64,000 nt of DNA, taken from a virus. A program made the translations under genes and the position numbers. The stretch lies in the IMG/VR virus record IMGVR_UViG_3300027902_000006, positions 1 through 64,000 of that record. One strand, given 5' to 3'. The notes beneath the pieces were generated by a model that made no database searches, was not told where the DNA came from, and saw nothing but the letters and a program-made list of their open reading frames with translations. Below, one piece after another: positions 36,412 to 46,809 of the stretch (the first letter of the stretch is position 1; each line of letters begins with the position of its first letter).

Positions 36412-36918
36412 ATGGCTATCTATGTAGAAACAGGATCTGGAACATTGGCTTCTGCTAACTCTTATTATAGTCTAGCTTCGGCCAATACGTACTTCGAAAC
36501 GATTGGATTTTCTGATTGGATAGATGGCGATGATGATGTTAAATCAGCATCATTAATTAGAGCTTGCCTCTATATGGAAACACTACCGTGGAATGGTCTT
36601 AAGTCTCTATCTACTAATCCCTTGGAATGGCCTAGACGTAATGTACTAGATCGAAATGGTTATTATGTCTCAGCTACAGGTATCCCACTAAAGATTAAGC
36701 AGGCACAAGCAGAGATTGCTTATCGGTACTTTACTGGTGGAAATCCTGTTCCCGACTTAGATTTCTCTGGTGGTAATATTGTCAGAGAGAAAGTTGATGT
36801 TATCGAAATTGAATACGATAGAGGCGGTAAGTCCGATGTCCCAGAATACCTTTACATTGATAATCTTCTTAGACCCTTTCTAGCATCAAGTCTGAACGTC
36901 GAATTAGTGAGGGCTTAA
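36412..36918 (+). CDS. head-tail connector (DnaT-like family)
   Basis: ANSYYSLASA..YF, LEWPR, IPLKIKQAQAEIA, EKVDVIEIEY. Confidence 0.85.
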   Translation: MAIYVETGSGTLASANSYYSLASANTYFETIGFSDWIDGDDDVKSASLIRACLYMETLPWNGLKSLSTNPLEWPRRNVLDRNGYYVSATGIPLKIKQAQAEIAYRYFTGGNPVPDLDFSGGNIVREKVDVIEIEYDRGGKSDVPEYLYIDNLLRPFLASSLNVELVRA

Positions 36919-36920
36919 CT

Positions 36921-37109
36921 ATGAGTCCCTGGACAGGAAAAACTTTCAAGAAAAAACACGATCAAAAACTGACAACGAAACAGGCGAATAAGGCGTCCAA
37001 GATCGCCAACGCTATACTTGCTGAGAATCCCGGTAAAGAGGGGATGGCAATAGCAACAGCCATTAAGTTAGCGACTAAGCCTCCTAAGAAGAAACCCACA
37101 AAGAAATAG
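36921..37109 (+). CDS. small basic protein
   Basis: MSPWT...KASKIANAIL...AIATA..., Lys-rich tail. Confidence 0.7.
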   Translation: MSPWTGKTFKKKHDQKLTTKQANKASKIANAILAENPGKEGMAIATAIKLATKPPKKKPTKK

Positions 37110-37110
37110 C

Positions 37111-37156
37111 CGAATTTTCTTGTAGTTCGAACAATTTCCTTTATTCTTAAATAGAG
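37111..37156 (+). promoter_or_regulatory. repeated putative late promoter, copy 2
   Basis: CGAATTTTCTTGTAGTTC; TTGTAG-N16-TATTCT, 9 nt before ATG 37157. Confidence 0.6.
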
Positions 37157-37528
37157 ATGGACTACAACGGACTTAACGTAATGGTGAGGAGCCTAGTCCA
37201 CAAGTGGGGCACTCCTCTAACTCTTCAACGTGTTGGATACTCTATGTTTAGTCCGACTAAAGGAGAGTATACCTCCACAGCCACGAGTAGTTTCGTCGTA
37301 TACGGAGTGATTCGTGCCTCCTACCGAATGTGGGCCGGAGAACGTTTTTACTTCGGAGTGGAAGTACAGTCGGGAGATAGGGATATTATCATCTCTACTT
37401 CGGCCTCAGTTACTCCGCTAGTTGGAGATATTATACAAATAAAAGGAGTTGCGTATCGGCTTGTAGTATGTCAGCCAGTGACTCCGGGTGGAACGGACCT
37501 TCTTTATAAAACACTCTGTAGGAGATAA
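37157..37528 (+). CDS. head closure/head-tail adaptor
   Basis: VQSGDRDI..., PVTPGG..LLY; position. Confidence 0.75.
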   Translation: MDYNGLNVMVRSLVHKWGTPLTLQRVGYSMFSPTKGEYTSTATSSFVVYGVIRASYRMWAGERFYFGVEVQSGDRDIIISTSASVTPLVGDIIQIKGVAYRLVVCQPVTPGGTDLLYKTLCRR

Positions 37529-37532
37529 AACC

Positions 37533-37583
37533 ATGAACCAGAAATGTAAAGGTAAAGGTAAGGGCGGTAAGAAAGGCAAGTAA
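37533..37583 (+). CDS. 16-aa Lys/Gly micropeptide MNQKCKGKGKGGKKGK
   Basis: AGGAGA RBS 7 nt upstream; stop abuts next ATG. Confidence 0.55.
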   Translation: MNQKCKGKGKGGKKGK

Positions 37584-38129
37584 ATGGCTGTTATTACCGG
37601 TGGAATTGGATCATTTAACCTAGGTGGCGGTACGAGTTTTGGGGGTTGTGCCGCCTCTATCGAAGCGTTTACTAAGAAGACAATCGCGAAGTCCGAGAGC
37701 ATCATTCAGCGTTCTGTAATGGAAGTCTTCAAACGTATCGTTATGAGGACTCCCATTGACACTGGCAGAGCTAGGGCCGGATGGCAGGTTGGTGAGACTG
37801 CAGCTATCTCCTCTCCATTAGGAGCTGTGGGTCCCATTGGTCCTAAGGGTAAAAGTGGACGAGTAGTACAATCTCGGGCACTCGGAGGAAAGTGGGTAAA
37901 AGCAGGACGCGGTACTTTCGATAAAAGAGGTCAAGCCACTATTGCTAGTGGTAGAGCTAATATTAAAGCTGCGTTTAGAGATGGAATAGCAGCCATCATC
38001 TCAAATCCAGTATACTATGTAGTCTATCTAGAGTATGGTCATAGTCAAGCCCAAGCTCCGGCTGGTATGGTTAGAATTACAATGGCGGAATGGCCATCTA
38101 TCGTGGCAAGTTTTGGAGGAGTAGTTTGA
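37584..38129 (+). CDS. HK97 gp10-like neck/tail completion protein
   Basis: TPIDTGRARAGW, NPVYY..LEYGHSQ.QAPAGMVR. Confidence 0.88.
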   Translation: MAVITGGIGSFNLGGGTSFGGCAASIEAFTKKTIAKSESIIQRSVMEVFKRIVMRTPIDTGRARAGWQVGETAAISSPLGAVGPIGPKGKSGRVVQSRALGGKWVKAGRGTFDKRGQATIASGRANIKAAFRDGIAAIISNPVYYVVYLEYGHSQAQAPAGMVRITMAEWPSIVASFGGVV

Positions 38130-38542
38130 CGACTACTAATGAAGATATCGTACATGCTCTTAATAAGTGCTTTAGTATGTTTACTCCTACTCTAGCAACG
38201 GTGTACGAGAACCAACAGTTTAACCCGGAGCTGCTGACCCCTCATTTGCGTATTTGGCACTTGCCCGCTGAAACAAGTGTAGTCTCTTTAGGAGTTACTG
38301 GATACAACCAATATACTGGTATCTTTCAAGTGAGTTGCTTTTATCCACAAGGCTTCGGGTGGAACGACGCTAAAGTAATGGCAGGTAAAGTCTGTTCACA
38401 TTTTTATAGAGGACGACAGATTACGTATAACAATATAGTAGTTGAAGTCAGGCGATCGTGGCCTGATCCTGGTATAGCCGAGGATGAATATTATCATGTC
38501 CCGGTAAGTATACTCTATTGGTGTTTTGATAATACTTTGTAA
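38126..38542 (+). CDS. tail terminator-like protein
   Basis: YEN..F.P, GIFQVSCFYP.G.G; TTG start after GGAGGA. Confidence 0.75.
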   Translation: MTTTNEDIVHALNKCFSMFTPTLATVYENQQFNPELLTPHLRIWHLPAETSVVSLGVTGYNQYTGIFQVSCFYPQGFGWNDAKVMAGKVCSHFYRGRQITYNNIVVEVRRSWPDPGIAEDEYYHVPVSILYWCFDNTL

Positions 38543-38556
38543 GAGGTAACTAAACT

Positions 38557-39714
38557 ATGACTGTATTCTCCCTTTTTGCTGCTGGGTCTAAACATGGAGT
38601 AAGGTATGTCTCTGAGGCTACTTTTGGGATCGTCCCTCCGACTCCAGCTATGGTTTCACTTCGGCATACGGGTTGCTCATTGATTCTTAGTAAGGACACT
38701 TTCCAATCTGCTGAGTTGAGAAGCGATCGTCAGATTGCTGACTTTAGACATGGTACTCACAAGGTCGCGGGTGATATAAACGTAGAAATGTCCTATGCTG
38801 AGTTCGATCCGTTCATTAAATCCGCGTTCTGTGGAACATTTCAAACATATACCGCTGCCCTCAATTCTAAGACTGGAAACATCTCTGTAACTTTGACCGG
38901 TGGCTCTAAGTTCTTAGCTGCCATCCAGACGTTTACTTCGTTCGGTGTAGGTAGTATCATTAAATACGGAGGATCTGTCACAAACGCAGGCTACTATGTC
39001 TTGTCTGCTGTCGCTCCTCATACACTCACAGTTATGGGAGCCTTGACAGCCCAAACTGCCGCAACATCTAGAACAATTAGATTGCAGCCTGCTATCACAA
39101 ACGGAACTGCAAACTATAGTTTAACTATTGAGCGCGCTCATACTGATATCACTCAGTACCAACAGTTCAGAGGATGTGTCGTCGATAAGTTTACACTGGG
39201 CCTCAAGCCTAGCGGGATCGTCACTGGTGTATTCAGTGTTATCGGCAAGGCTGCTACAATTACCGTAACTCCGTTGAAGGCTGTTCCAACCGTTAGCCAG
39301 ACCGGGTCTCCTTACGATACGTTCTCAGGTACGCTCAGAGAAGGTGGGACACTTATCGCTACTATTACAAGTATTGATTTCAGTCTGGAGAACGGTGGAG
39401 AAGCTACTTATGTTATCGGTAGTAAATACGCGTCTAACGTGGTACTTGGAAGGTGTAATATTACGGGAACAATTGAAGCGTACTTCTCTAGCGTTCTTCT
39501 GTTGAACAAGTTCATCAACGAGACTGAAACTTCCATCGAAGTTGATATCGGTGGTAGTTCTAACTTTTATAAACTCTTCCTCCCAAGAGTAAAATATGGT
39601 GGAGGCGATACAGGAGTAACGGGCGAAGGTCCGATTATGATGAAGATGCCTTTCCAAGCTCTATATAGTTCGACCTATGGATTCACAGTCCGTATGGCAA
39701 AAATGGTGACATAA
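38557..39714 (+). CDS. major tail tube protein
   Basis: EATFG..P, SAELRSDRQIAD.R.G, ITGTIEAYF, LPRVKY. Confidence 0.88.
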   Translation: MTVFSLFAAGSKHGVRYVSEATFGIVPPTPAMVSLRHTGCSLILSKDTFQSAELRSDRQIADFRHGTHKVAGDINVEMSYAEFDPFIKSAFCGTFQTYTAALNSKTGNISVTLTGGSKFLAAIQTFTSFGVGSIIKYGGSVTNAGYYVLSAVAPHTLTVMGALTAQTAATSRTIRLQPAITNGTANYSLTIERAHTDITQYQQFRGCVVDKFTLGLKPSGIVTGVFSVIGKAATITVTPLKAVPTVSQTGSPYDTFSGTLREGGTLIATITSIDFSLENGGEATYVIGSKYASNVVLGRCNITGTIEAYFSSVLLLNKFINETETSIEVDIGGSSNFYKLFLPRVKYGGGDTGVTGEGPIMMKMPFQALYSSTYGFTVRMAKMVT

Positions 39715-39729
39715 CGAGAGGTGTGTTTT

Positions 39730-40131
39730 ATGGATTTGACTAAGTTCGAACCGGCTACTGCTAGTATAGAAGGAGTCAAGATGGAGTTGTACCATCCGGT
39801 GACTGAGGTATCTTTCGAACCTCCTATCTACATTACTGTGATAGGGATAGACTCCGATGTTTATCGGGCCGCTCAACGCGAACTGACAAATAAACGTCTT
39901 AAGAAGGCACAGGCTAGGAACCGGTTTAGATTTCAAGCTACTGCTGAGGAACTTGAACAAGATTCAATTGACCTCCTAGCCAAGAGTGTTCTTGGCTGGG
40001 AGAATATCGAGTGGGAAGGAAAGACACTTCCTTTTAGTTATGATAACGCTAAGAAAATTGTCACCGTCCCTTGGATTAGGGAACAGATTGATACCTTTGT
40101 GGGGGATCGTGCAAATTTTTTGAAGACTTAG
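39730..40131 (+). CDS. tail assembly chaperone (G)
   Basis: ITVIGIDSD, WIREQIDTFVGDRANF. Confidence 0.85.
   Translation: MDLTKFEPATASIEGVKMELYHPVTEVSFEPPIYITVIGIDSDVYRAAQRELTNKRLKKAQARNRFRFQATAEELEQDSIDLLAKSVLGWENIEWEGKTLPFSYDNAKKIVTVPWIREQIDTFVGDRANFLKT
40113..40122 (+). other. programmed -1 frameshift site (A AAT TTT / T TTT TTG)
   Basis: -1 frame is open (FEDLAVLLEDATEM) into ORF 40158..40523. Confidence 0.8.
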
Positions 40132-40157
40132 CTGTACTTCTAGAAGATGCAACTGAG

Positions 40158-40523
40158 ATGTGGGCTAATCTCCACTATCCAGACGAAGACGACATAACTA
40201 ATTTTCAGCGGCTAAGTCAATTAGAAGAACAAACAGGAGATGTCCATGTTCCAGAAATACATATTCCAATGGAAGGCATGTATATCTGGGAATGGTTCAT
40301 GGACCTAGCCAATAGTCGTCAGTCTGGTTTTGGGATTAGCCCTATTTCGTATTCAGAATTAAAAGCATGGAGTGAGTTATCTAGTACATACCTCTATACT
40401 TGGGAAGTTTCTATAATACGTAGAATGGATCAATGTTTTATAAAGGTCATCAACGAGTTTTCTAAACGGAAAACTAGTTCTACTAAGTCAAAGCAGTTGG
40501 GCGAGACTAGAAGGATAATGTAA
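40158..40523 (+). CDS. tail assembly chaperone, frameshift (T) part
   Basis: IWEWFMDL..SRQ.GFG.SPISYSELKAW. Confidence 0.8.
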   Translation: MWANLHYPDEDDITNFQRLSQLEEQTGDVHVPEIHIPMEGMYIWEWFMDLANSRQSGFGISPISYSELKAWSELSSTYLYTWEVSIIRRMDQCFIKVINEFSKRKTSSTKSKQLGETRRIM

Positions 40524-43500
40524 ATGGCCGATGTAGCTGCATTAAAAATTGTAATAACGATTGACGGTGCCGAAGCAACAGTTAGACAGTTAGGCAACGT
40601 TGAAGGGGCCGCTCATAGAGCAGAGAACGCTACTCGTAAAATGAAGGGGGCGACCCAAGAGTTCAATGACGAGCTTTTGAAATTTGGTCGTACTATGGCG
40701 TCGTTTGCTGCCATTTTTTATACCTTCCAAAACTTATTTGGACTATATGCCGTCGGTATGAAATTCAACCAAGTTATTGAAGATTCTAGAATAAGCATAG
40801 CTGGTTTGTTGTCTTCTCTTTATGAATATAAAGATACTACCGGTAAGGTTATAGAAGGAGTAGATAAGTTTAACATAGCACAGGAGGACGCTACAAAACT
40901 CCAACAGGGACTGAGAATCGCGGCTATTACCACTGAAGCTACATATGAAGAGTTAGTCTTCGCCATGCAGAACTCAGTTCTTCCTGCTACACAAGCTGGA
41001 ATAAAGTTTGAACAATTAACTGGATTTGTTCAACGTTTCGCTCAGATCATGCAGGTCGTTAAAGTCCCTATGAATCAAGTCAATGAGGAGGTTCGTAGCT
41101 TTCTCCAAGGTACTATGCAACCCAGAATGACCCGTGTTATGCCGTTCATGATGGGTATTGGACTGACCAACGATAAGATTAAAGAACTAGTAGCGAGTGG
41201 GAAATTTGCTGAGGAGTTTTTCAAGCGTACTCTGACAGTTGAAATCATGGCGGCTGAGGGTGCTAAGACATTTTCAGTAGCGTTATCTAACTTAAAGGAC
41301 GCGTTCTCTCAAGCACTCGGGGAAGGTACGAAAAAGTCATATGACGCATTAAAGAAGATATTCTACGATTTGACATACGATATAGTCAATATTACAGACG
41401 ACTTCGATGAAGCCGGTAATAAAATCGGGCAGACGTTAACAATCGATCCTGCTTTTTTAAACGCTATTATGGCTGTTGATGAGCGTCTGACTGGTATCAT
41501 TGCAAAACTGAAGAACTTTGCTAGTACATTGTCTGGGTTAAAGAGTTCCCATCCTGTTTTATCTCAACTGGTAGTAGACATAGGTGATATCGTTTTATCT
41601 ACGACGGCTTGGGTGACTTTACTCACTTCAGCGGTTGGACTCATAAGTTGGGCGTTTGGAAAGTTACTTGGAGTATGGCAAACTTTAATAGGTGCATTTG
41701 CTGTGATGGAAGCTGGGGTTGTTACTACTGCTGGGACTGGTATTTTAGGCTGGATCAGTGCCATAGCGGCGGCTCCTCCTATAGTTAAAGCGGCAATGGT
41801 ACTCATCGGTGCCATCATGGTAGATGAAATCGCCGCCGCCGTATCTTCTATGGCAAAAACTTTTTGGGATTGGGTCAGCTCCTTCGAAGTCTATGGTAAA
41901 CCTATAAAAGACTGGGCAGATGACGCTGCAGACTATGTCGTTGCGGCTTTTGCTAGACTGGGAGTTGACCTCCCGGCGGCACTACAAAAAGCATATGACA
42001 AAATAAAGGAGTTGGATGATAAACTAAAAGAAAAGAGAGACCAAGGATGGACTCTTGGAGGTATCGCTGGAGGTATCGCTAGTAGTGCTGCCGCGGCGAC
42101 GTCACAACTTCGTACTGGTATAACGATGTCTCAGATAGATTTACTTCAGGGACAGTTAACAGCGGCCCAACAAGCAACAGGAGCGGCAGCACCAGGGAGT
42201 GATGAATTTGAGTGGCAGTACGACCGAGTTAGATTAGCGTCCGAAACTTTGGCTAAACTACTCTTAGATATACGTGATCATGAATTACAACTTAATGCAG
42301 TCGTAGCAGTACTAGAACAAAGAATAGCAGAAAATCGTGTCGCTATCGGTGAGGCACTCAAAACTGGACAGACAGACTTGGCGAATTCCCTCGAAGACGC
42401 ATCTAACAAAGCCCAAGCACAAATCAACGCACTTAAAGGAGGGGCTGAGGGATTTGCTGCACTCTTCCCGATGCAACTCTCCATTGATATTATGGCGCGG
42501 ATATCTGGTCTTTCAGCACTAGATGCGTTATTTGGCGCGGGTCGATTACAGGATCTCCTAACAGGAGGGTGGAGAGGGGCTGACGTCAAGTTACAAAAAG
42601 AAGTTGCAGAAATGAAGAAGACAAGTACATCCGCAGGTATGGTCTCCTACGATGAGACAGGAGGAGCGATAGGTCAGGGAGGTGCCACTGGTGCCGGTCC
42701 TCGAAAGGCTCCGCCCGAAGTTGGAGGTAGAAGGTCTACTGTCCCACCTTTTGAACAAAAAGGTAAAGGTGGTGGAGGAGAAGACGCCGAAGCTCGGCGT
42801 TTACAGTCTCTCTATGATACTCTCAATAAAGATATAGCTAGACTTTCTGAGGGACGTATCTCCGAGATTGCCGAACTCGAAGAGAAAACTAACGATCAGA
42901 TTCTTAACAAGAAAGAGGTCAAGGAAGTAACTACCGATGAACTAATTGTCCTTAACCATAAAAGAGCAGCGCTTCAACGTCTGAAAGTTGAGGAGGATTA
43001 TGCGATTTGGTCCGGTAAAATCAGTGGTGACGTCACTCAGGAGTGGATAGCTAACGCAGCGAAGGAGTTACAACAGTGGAAAGGGTTTAAAGACGTTCAA
43101 TACAGAGTCCTTCAAGAGTACAATCGTAAAGTATCTATCTACAACGAGAAACAAATTGAAGCGGTAGCGACTGGACAGAAAGAATACTTGACTGCTCTAG
43201 GAGCCGTTACTCCTCTTCTGTCTGAGCAACTGAAAATTCAAGACCTTCAGCTAGATAAGGATCACGAACGCAAGATAGCCAAACTAGACCAACAACGCTT
43301 GGACGGTGATATCGGACGTCAAACCTACGAAACTTTAAGGACTATGGAAGAGCAAACCAACGAGCTTCAGAAACAGGCTATTGAACGGAAGAAATGGATG
43401 ACGGAAGGATGGCAGGGCGGTCTGAAGGAGTGGGCCTTCGCTAGAGCGGGTGAGGCAGAACAGAGACCTGCAAAAGCGATGATGGATCTGATGCAGACTG

Positions 43501-44369
43501 CTGAGACGGACCTAAGCAATTCTATATCTGGAGGTATCATAGGTGCTTTGAGTGCTACAAAAACAGACTGGATCAAAGCCGGTCAAGATATAGCCACCGC
43601 CTTCCTAAAGAAATCCGTTGATACCATGGTAGCCACGCTCTTTGACCAGTTAATTCCACAGATTTTACAATCCTTTGGAGTAGTTATGCCAACCCTAGCC
43701 AGTGCTGGTCAGACGGCAGGAGGAGCGTTAGCAGCCGGTGCGGCGGAAGCGGGGGCGACACTAATTCAGGCAGCAACTACCGCACAGGGTATTTTATCCG
43801 GACGAATATCAATGGGAGCGGGTGGGTTGACTATACCTGGAGTAGGATCTTCTAGTGCTTTTAGTGGGTTGTTTAAGAGTCTGTTCGGTGGTTGGGGTAT
43901 GGGCGGCGCTCCCTCGACTGCTGGTGGGGTAACTATTCCAGGTGTAGGATCTACGACTGTCGGCAGTTCTCTATATCAGGGCTGGCTAGGCGGTAACTAT
44001 AATGCTAAGGGTAATGTATTTTGGAATGGAGAAATTATCCCCTTCGCTTCTGGTGACATCGTTAATAGAAAATCCATGTTCCAAATGGGAATGATGGGTG
44101 AGGCCGGACCCGAAGCGATAATGCCACTATCCAGAACTTCTAGTGGGGCTTTGGGAGTAATAGCAGCGGGAGCGAATGTGTCCCAGCCTATTAGTGTAGT
44201 GATTAATAATGAGACAGGTGTTCAGGCTGATGCAGACGTCAAGATGGACAACGGTAAGCTTGAGATCACCCTATCTAAGATGGTCTCGTCTAACATCGCT
44301 AGAGGCGGGGAAATCCATCGTCAGATAGCTAGGTCGTTTAATGTCGGAACGAAGGTGCAAAGAAGATAA
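40524..44369 (+). CDS. tape measure protein
   Basis: 1281 aa, helical; C-terminal NAKGNVF...MGEAGPEAIMPL. Confidence 0.95.
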   Translation: MADVAALKIVITIDGAEATVRQLGNVEGAAHRAENATRKMKGATQEFNDELLKFGRTMASFAAIFYTFQNLFGLYAVGMKFNQVIEDSRISIAGLLSSLYEYKDTTGKVIEGVDKFNIAQEDATKLQQGLRIAAITTEATYEELVFAMQNSVLPATQAGIKFEQLTGFVQRFAQIMQVVKVPMNQVNEEVRSFLQGTMQPRMTRVMPFMMGIGLTNDKIKELVASGKFAEEFFKRTLTVEIMAAEGAKTFSVALSNLKDAFSQALGEGTKKSYDALKKIFYDLTYDIVNITDDFDEAGNKIGQTLTIDPAFLNAIMAVDERLTGIIAKLKNFASTLSGLKSSHPVLSQLVVDIGDIVLSTTAWVTLLTSAVGLISWAFGKLLGVWQTLIGAFAVMEAGVVTTAGTGILGWISAIAAAPPIVKAAMVLIGAIMVDEIAAAVSSMAKTFWDWVSSFEVYGKPIKDWADDAADYVVAAFARLGVDLPAALQKAYDKIKELDDKLKEKRDQGWTLGGIAGGIASSAAAATSQLRTGITMSQIDLLQGQLTAAQQATGAAAPGSDEFEWQYDRVRLASETLAKLLLDIRDHELQLNAVVAVLEQRIAENRVAIGEALKTGQTDLANSLEDASNKAQAQINALKGGAEGFAALFPMQLSIDIMARISGLSALDALFGAGRLQDLLTGGWRGADVKLQKEVAEMKKTSTSAGMVSYDETGGAIGQGGATGAGPRKAPPEVGGRRSTVPPFEQKGKGGGGEDAEARRLQSLYDTLNKDIARLSEGRISEIAELEEKTNDQILNKKEVKEVTTDELIVLNHKRAALQRLKVEEDYAIWSGKISGDVTQEWIANAAKELQQWKGFKDVQYRVLQEYNRKVSIYNEKQIEAVATGQKEYLTALGAVTPLLSEQLKIQDLQLDKDHERKIAKLDQQRLDGDIGRQTYETLRTMEEQTNELQKQAIERKKWMTEGWQGGLKEWAFARAGEAEQRPAKAMMDLMQTAETDLSNSISGGIIGALSATKTDWIKAGQDIATAFLKKSVDTMVATLFDQLIPQILQSFGVVMPTLASAGQTAGGALAAGAAEAGATLIQAATTAQGILSGRISMGAGGLTIPGVGSSSAFSGLFKSLFGGWGMGGAPSTAGGVTIPGVGSTTVGSSLYQGWLGGNYNAKGNVFWNGEIIPFASGDIVNRKSMFQMGMMGEAGPEAIMPLSRTSSGALGVIAAGANVSQPISVVINNETGVQADADVKMDNGKLEITLSKMVSSNIARGGEIHRQIARSFNVGTKVQRR

Positions 44370-44767
44370 TGCCGACTTGGCCCACCACTCTCCCCATCTA
44401 TCCCGACGATAGTGCGTTTACCGAAACAAGCCAAAAGGTCACGATTAGTTCTCAGCCCGAAATTGGACCCGCCAAGGTGCGGAGGCGGGTTACAGTAGCC
44501 CCAAGAAAGTTAACAGCGTCCTATACGATGACCGACGCAGAAATAGCAATATTCAGAACTTTTTATATAGATACGTTACTAGGTGGACAGGAAGTATTTG
44601 AATGGCCACATCCTCGTTTGGATAGGTCAGTGACGGCTTATTTCACTAAAATTCCAACATATAAGAACAAGGCGTATAATCAGTACTCTTTGGATATAGA
44701 GATTTCAGTGGATGAAAGCAAACTGGATGGATGGTTCGTCGCGGGATGGTTCGACGATTGGTTTTAA
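44369..44767 (+). CDS. distal/minor tail protein (lambda gpM-like), paralog 1
   Basis: WPTTLP...GPAKVRRR...F..FY..TL.GG..F.WPHP. Confidence 0.75.
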   Translation: MPTWPTTLPIYPDDSAFTETSQKVTISSQPEIGPAKVRRRVTVAPRKLTASYTMTDAEIAIFRTFYIDTLLGGQEVFEWPHPRLDRSVTAYFTKIPTYKNKAYNQYSLDIEISVDESKLDGWFVAGWFDDWF

Positions 44768-44776
44768 GGAGTAAGG

Positions 44777-45904
44777 ATGGGTACGTATACAACTGCAAAT
44801 GTTTTTTACAAACCTATCAAGGGTGCTTCCGGTGATAGTGAGAAAGTAACCTTTGATGCGGCACTGGACAAGACCGCTAGAATCATAGCAGGTTCGATGG
44901 CACCCGGTGTTCTAGTGAACGGTAAGATTGATTATTCTATTAATGGTTCTGGTGACCTGAATGTTAGAATTCTTACCGTAGCTGGAACAAATCCCTCTAC
45001 TTTAAATCCAGTATGGTGTAGAGTCGGTTCTAGAGTTGTGACGATCAAGTCTGCTCTAGGGATTACTCGAACTCACGTTCCAGTCCCCGAATCTGGATGG
45101 AATCCCTCTTGGCTAAACTTAGCAAAGCCACCAGTTAATGCGTGTGAGACGGATCTGTTCGTCTACACTGGCTGGAATAATGCGAGACAACTTCCATATA
45201 TAGCAGTATCTCGTCACGGATTTCATAATCAGTTTGTCTTTGAATCAGAGACTTCTGGTCACGGGGCAATGTGTAGCCTCACTACGAGTTTTAATTACTT
45301 AGCTCCATCTTATCCATATCACTCGCTAGATGAGATTGCCGTTTCAGGTAGGATTGCAGTTACTCTGACTACTCCCAATACTTGGTCTACTCCAGCTAGT
45401 GGTTCTCTCATAGTACAGAGACCTACTCAAGATACTCGGCTGCTTAAATTCAATCCCAACTGGAGAACTTATTCTCACTTTAGTCCGAGTACTTCTATGA
45501 AGTATTATGGTGGAGGTACTATGTCAGTGGCTGTAACTTACCTCAACCATTATGCTTTTAATGGTCAGTATATCAATCTGATGTTATCCACGTACCTTTA
45601 CTACTACCATGCTAATGCAGCGGCTACTCGGACGGATGGTATCTTTTTCGATGTCCCTCTTTCAGTTCAGGATTATGCCCACGCCGGGGCCAAATCCTTC
45701 GGAGCCGTTACTATGTGTACTGCGGGAGGTGTCTTAACTTTGGAAAGGGCTCCGTTAGCAGTATCGCAAACCGGGACAGACGAAGGAAAACTGATAAAAC
45801 TTGTTACGGCTAGTCAAGCCTCGTACACACCGAGTCTGATGTACGTTACTGGTCAATATAGAGTATACTTACCTGGTACGAGACTCAGGTTTCTTAATTT
45901 CTAA
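44777..45904 (+). CDS. tail fibre/receptor-binding protein
   Basis: position in tail module; beta-rich. Confidence 0.55.
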   Translation: MGTYTTANVFYKPIKGASGDSEKVTFDAALDKTARIIAGSMAPGVLVNGKIDYSINGSGDLNVRILTVAGTNPSTLNPVWCRVGSRVVTIKSALGITRTHVPVPESGWNPSWLNLAKPPVNACETDLFVYTGWNNARQLPYIAVSRHGFHNQFVFESETSGHGAMCSLTTSFNYLAPSYPYHSLDEIAVSGRIAVTLTTPNTWSTPASGSLIVQRPTQDTRLLKFNPNWRTYSHFSPSTSMKYYGGGTMSVAVTYLNHYAFNGQYINLMLSTYLYYYHANAAATRTDGIFFDVPLSVQDYAHAGAKSFGAVTMCTAGGVLTLERAPLAVSQTGTDEGKLIKLVTASQASYTPSLMYVTGQYRVYLPGTRLRFLNF

Positions 45905-46254
45905 TGACTAAGTGGCCGTCTTCCGTTCCCGCTACACCTCTGATGGGTCAGTTTGAGGAAGGACTACCCACTCAAATAGTCTTTTCTAATATGGATGTGG
46001 GACCCGATGTCAGAAGGCGTAGAACTACATTGGGAAACTATCCTATCACGGCTGAGTTTGGGATGACTCGTCTTCAGGTGTGTGCATTTTCAGTATTTTA
46101 CGACGATACTGTCAAGTGTGGAAGTATTCCGTTTACTTGGATTAACCCTAGAACATTGGCTACTATATCGGTGTGTTTTATGGAGGCTCCTCAGTTTACA
46201 GCAGAGACGTTTGATTGGTATAAAGTCAGTATAAAGGTAGAAGTACTTCAATGA
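45904..46254 (+). CDS. distal/minor tail protein, paralog 2
   Basis: WPSSVP...MDVGPDVRRRRT...FY..T..CG..F.W.NP. Confidence 0.75.
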   Translation: MTKWPSSVPATPLMGQFEEGLPTQIVFSNMDVGPDVRRRRTTLGNYPITAEFGMTRLQVCAFSVFYDDTVKCGSIPFTWINPRTLATISVCFMEAPQFTAETFDWYKVSIKVEVLQ

Positions 46255-46316
46255 GTGTAATAGTCTATACTTCTTGTACACTCTACACTAGACGGAGTGC
46301 CATTCTTTTTTCTTAG

Positions 46317-46808
46317 GTGATATTTATGACTATAACAGCTTACACTCTATGTACTATTTATACGCGTCAAGTAACAACCTTGGCGTTCTCTACTCCAGTT
46401 GATGTAATAAACATTGGTAATAAACAGACATATACTAGTGGGACTGGAAATTACCAAGTTCGATTTGTCTACACTCATCAAGGAACGTTAACTGGAGGAA
46501 GTTCCGTTACGTTCAATATTAAGAGTGGAACTCTGAAGGACAACTTGGGTAACCAATTAGTCTTCACGAAACTTAAGTCTGTCTATTTTTCAAATTTAAC
46601 TACTGCTCATACGTGGGCCGCTTGTCTCGGTAGTTGTGGAAATAACAACGTTCTAATGGCGTTTAAAATGGACAAGGTATATTGTTATGGAAAGAGCCAG
46701 CTATTCTTAACCTCACCCATAGCAGGAGTTTCTTGTGCGTCCATCTTCCGAGTCTTGAATACAGTTGGTACTACTATCACTTATAACATGATATTGATCG
46801 GAACATAG
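46317..46808 (+). CDS. hypothetical virion protein
   Basis: LKDNLGNQLVFTKLK motif; tail module. Confidence 0.55.
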   Translation: MIFMTITAYTLCTIYTRQVTTLAFSTPVDVINIGNKQTYTSGTGNYQVRFVYTHQGTLTGGSSVTFNIKSGTLKDNLGNQLVFTKLKSVYFSNLTTAHTWAACLGSCGNNNVLMAFKMDKVYCYGKSQLFLTSPIAGVSCASIFRVLNTVGTTITYNMILIGT

Positions 46809-46809
46809 G

